From: Dubosiella newyorkensis | GTDB taxonomy: Bacteria; Bacillota_I; Bacilli_A; Erysipelotrichales; Erysipelotrichaceae | Assembly (NCBI RefSeq): GCF_001945605.1 | Contig: NZ_MPKA01000058.1 | Coordinates: 30,001-62,000 of the forward strand | Direction: 5' to 3' | Length of the DNA stretch: 32,000 nucleotides | Shown here: in pieces, positions 30,836 through 32,000 of the stretch | How the letters are laid out: each line of letters begins with the position of its first letter | Position numbering within the stretch: position 1 is the stretch's first letter | Notes under the pieces: generated by a model | What the model saw: the letters and a program-made list of their open reading frames with translations, nothing else | The model's database searches: none | Told to the model about the DNA's origin: nothing | Made by a program: the position numbers and the translations under genes

Positions 30836-32000
30836 TTTGAACCGACCTTCTAAGCTCCTTCATACTTTGAATCCCGCTTTCACTCGCCTCTCCATTGGCC
30901 ATTGTGGCGAGCTCGATCAAGCGCTCGTTTTCATCGATCGCTTTGATCTGGGTCGTGGTTTTTTCATCTTCCTGCACTTTTTTTACAAGATAGTGGGTAT
31001 CGGCCCAAACTGCGACCGAAGCCAAATGGGTTATACATAAAACTTGATGTTCTTTCGCGATCGTGTGCATTTTATTTCCCATAGCCAACGCGACTTTTCC
31101 AGAAACACCTGTGTCGATCTCATCGAAAATGATCGTGTCGATTCCTTCGCGGGTCTGGAAGACCGTTTTTAGTGCAAGCATGAGACGCGACAATTCTCCG
31201 CCGCTCGCGGATTGTTTTAGAGTGGAAAAAGGTTGTCCAGGATTCATAGAGACCATGAAATGGATCGCGTCGATCCCATTTTTTGAAGCTTTTTTCTCTT
31301 CTCGATCGATTCTGAATCGCGCGTTGGAAAGCATAAGATCTTGGCAATGCGCTTCGATTTCATGGCTTAGCTTCTCGAACACGCTTTGTCTTTTTTGAGA
31401 TAAGGCTTGCGCGAGAATATCGTATTGTTTTTTGGCCTGCGTATAGTTGGCTTCTAGTTTTTCGAACAGATCCTGCCGATGGATGATCCGGTCGATCTTT
31501 TCTTCGAATTCGACTTCCTTTTCTTTGAACGTTCGATAGCTGCCTCCATATTTTCGAAACAGCTTTTTGATCTTGTATTCGCGTTCTTGCAGCTGATCGA
31601 GATCATCCCCTTCGTGAAGGATGTCCTCTTTCTTTTCGCTTAATTGTTCGCTTAGAGCTTGAAGCTGATAATAATGATTTTGTAGCTGATCGGCTTGCTC
31701 ATCAAAAGAGCCGTTTTTATGAAGCTGTTTGTAACTCGAATATAAGCCATCTAAAATCCCATTGTCTTTCGTTAGGGTATAGATCGTTTCAGAGAGATCC
31801 TCAATGTTCTGCTGGCTTTTTGAGAGTTCTTTGATCTTGTCTTGAAGCGTTTCGAGCTCCCCTTCTTCGATCGCCGCGTTTTGAATCTCATTGAGCGCGT
31901 TGGTCAAGTATTCCAGCTCATCATCGGAATACGTTTCATTTTTCGCTTTTTCAAGTTCTTTTTCATGACGATGCATTACTTGATACGCTTGCGCTGTTTC
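30828..32000 (-). CDS. recN: DNA repair protein RecN, C-terminal ~390 aa (5' end beyond the window)
   Basis: The frame stays open past the internal Met at 31976 to nt 32000. It has a coiled-coil region, the SMC-type signature ASGGELSR, and Walker B IIFDEIDTGVSG. Confidence 0.9.
   Translation of the reverse strand, partial: ETAQAYQVMHRHEKELEKAKNETYSDDELEYLTNALNEIQNAAIEEGELETLQDKIKELSKSQQNIEDLSETIYTLTKDNGILDGLYSSYKQLHKNGSFDEQADQLQNHYYQLQALSEQLSEKKEDILHEGDDLDQLQEREYKIKKLFRKYGGSYRTFKEKEVEFEEKIDRIIHRQDLFEKLEANYTQAKKQYDILAQALSQKRQSVFEKLSHEIEAHCQDLMLSNARFRIDREEKKASKNGIDAIHFMVSMNPGQPFSTLKQSASGGELSRLMLALKTVFQTREGIDTIIFDEIDTGVSGKVALAMGNKMHTIAKEHQVLCITHLASVAVWADTHYLVKKVQEDEKTTTQIKAIDENERLIELATMANGEASESGIQSMKELRRSVQNG

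Noticed and set aside
319-31398. Many ORFs of 60-205 aa in the track lie antisense to, or in alternative frames of, the genes called above. Examples: 319-720(-), 927-1160(-), 1405-1749(-), 2130-2564(-), 4936-5553(-), 5923-6420(-), 8080-8466(-), 8642-8863(+), 16055-16423(+), 22730-23041(+), 31063-31398(+).
   Set aside because: Each lies wholly inside a longer ORF that has clear family motifs and an RBS. They lack SD sequences and have low-complexity or R/S/H-rich shadow-frame composition.
1-32000. I scanned for CRISPR arrays, tRNA/rRNA/tmRNA, IS elements or transposase fragments, prophage or defence-system genes, and long direct or inverted repeats.
   Set aside because: I found none by eye. 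The only tandem repeat is the 9-bp unit at 4721-4768. All large ORFs have housekeeping or metabolic assignments.

Overview
The window looks like a chromosomal, mostly housekeeping segment of a low-GC Gram-positive (Bacillota-type) genome. Supporting signs are GGAGG-type RBSs, lipoboxes, murT/gatD, degV and hup. I support about 46 protein genes at roughly 90% coding density. I saw no rRNA, tRNA, CRISPR array, IS element or phage genes.

Layout:
- 1-10.8 kb (+): 5'-truncated unknown ORF, nfnA/nfnB-like oxidoreductase pair, efp, a disordered tail-anchored protein, cmk, der, gpsA, hup, msrA, an LdcB/VanY-like protein, and an alkylsulfatase-like MBL protein.
- 10.9-16.5 kb: unknown lipoprotein, degV / DUF1836 / degV, gatD-murT.
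- 16.6-18.8 kb (+): purC-purB.
- 19.0-25.3 kb (-): a translationally coupled FecCD-type permease / ATPase / binding protein / larE / larB operon, then ppk1.
- 25.5-26.6 kb: tetR, and an XRE HTH plus Zn-ribbon pair that looks split by a 1-nt frameshift.
- 26.6-32.0 kb (-): a tightly overlapping ygjP-like / mrp / xerD / N6-MTase / dinB / recN (partial) operon.

Most notable observations:
1. A roughly 5-8x excess of GATC (often CGATCG or GCGATCGC). It is written into coding sequence through codon-pair choice and is absent from the large intergenic spacers.
2. larB and larE are embedded in a type II ABC importer operon, with no larC or larA in view.
3. EF-P carries Arg32 in a KTARSA loop instead of the Firmicute KPGKG lysine loop.
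4. Two promoter-to-terminator units look like small RNAs (upstream of efp, downstream of purB).
5. The LdcB/VanY-like protein has all three catalytic motifs degenerated.
6. A degV-DUF1836-degV module has operator-like repeats in its divergent promoter region.

All counts are hand counts. All family assignments are motif recognition by eye, with no searches run.
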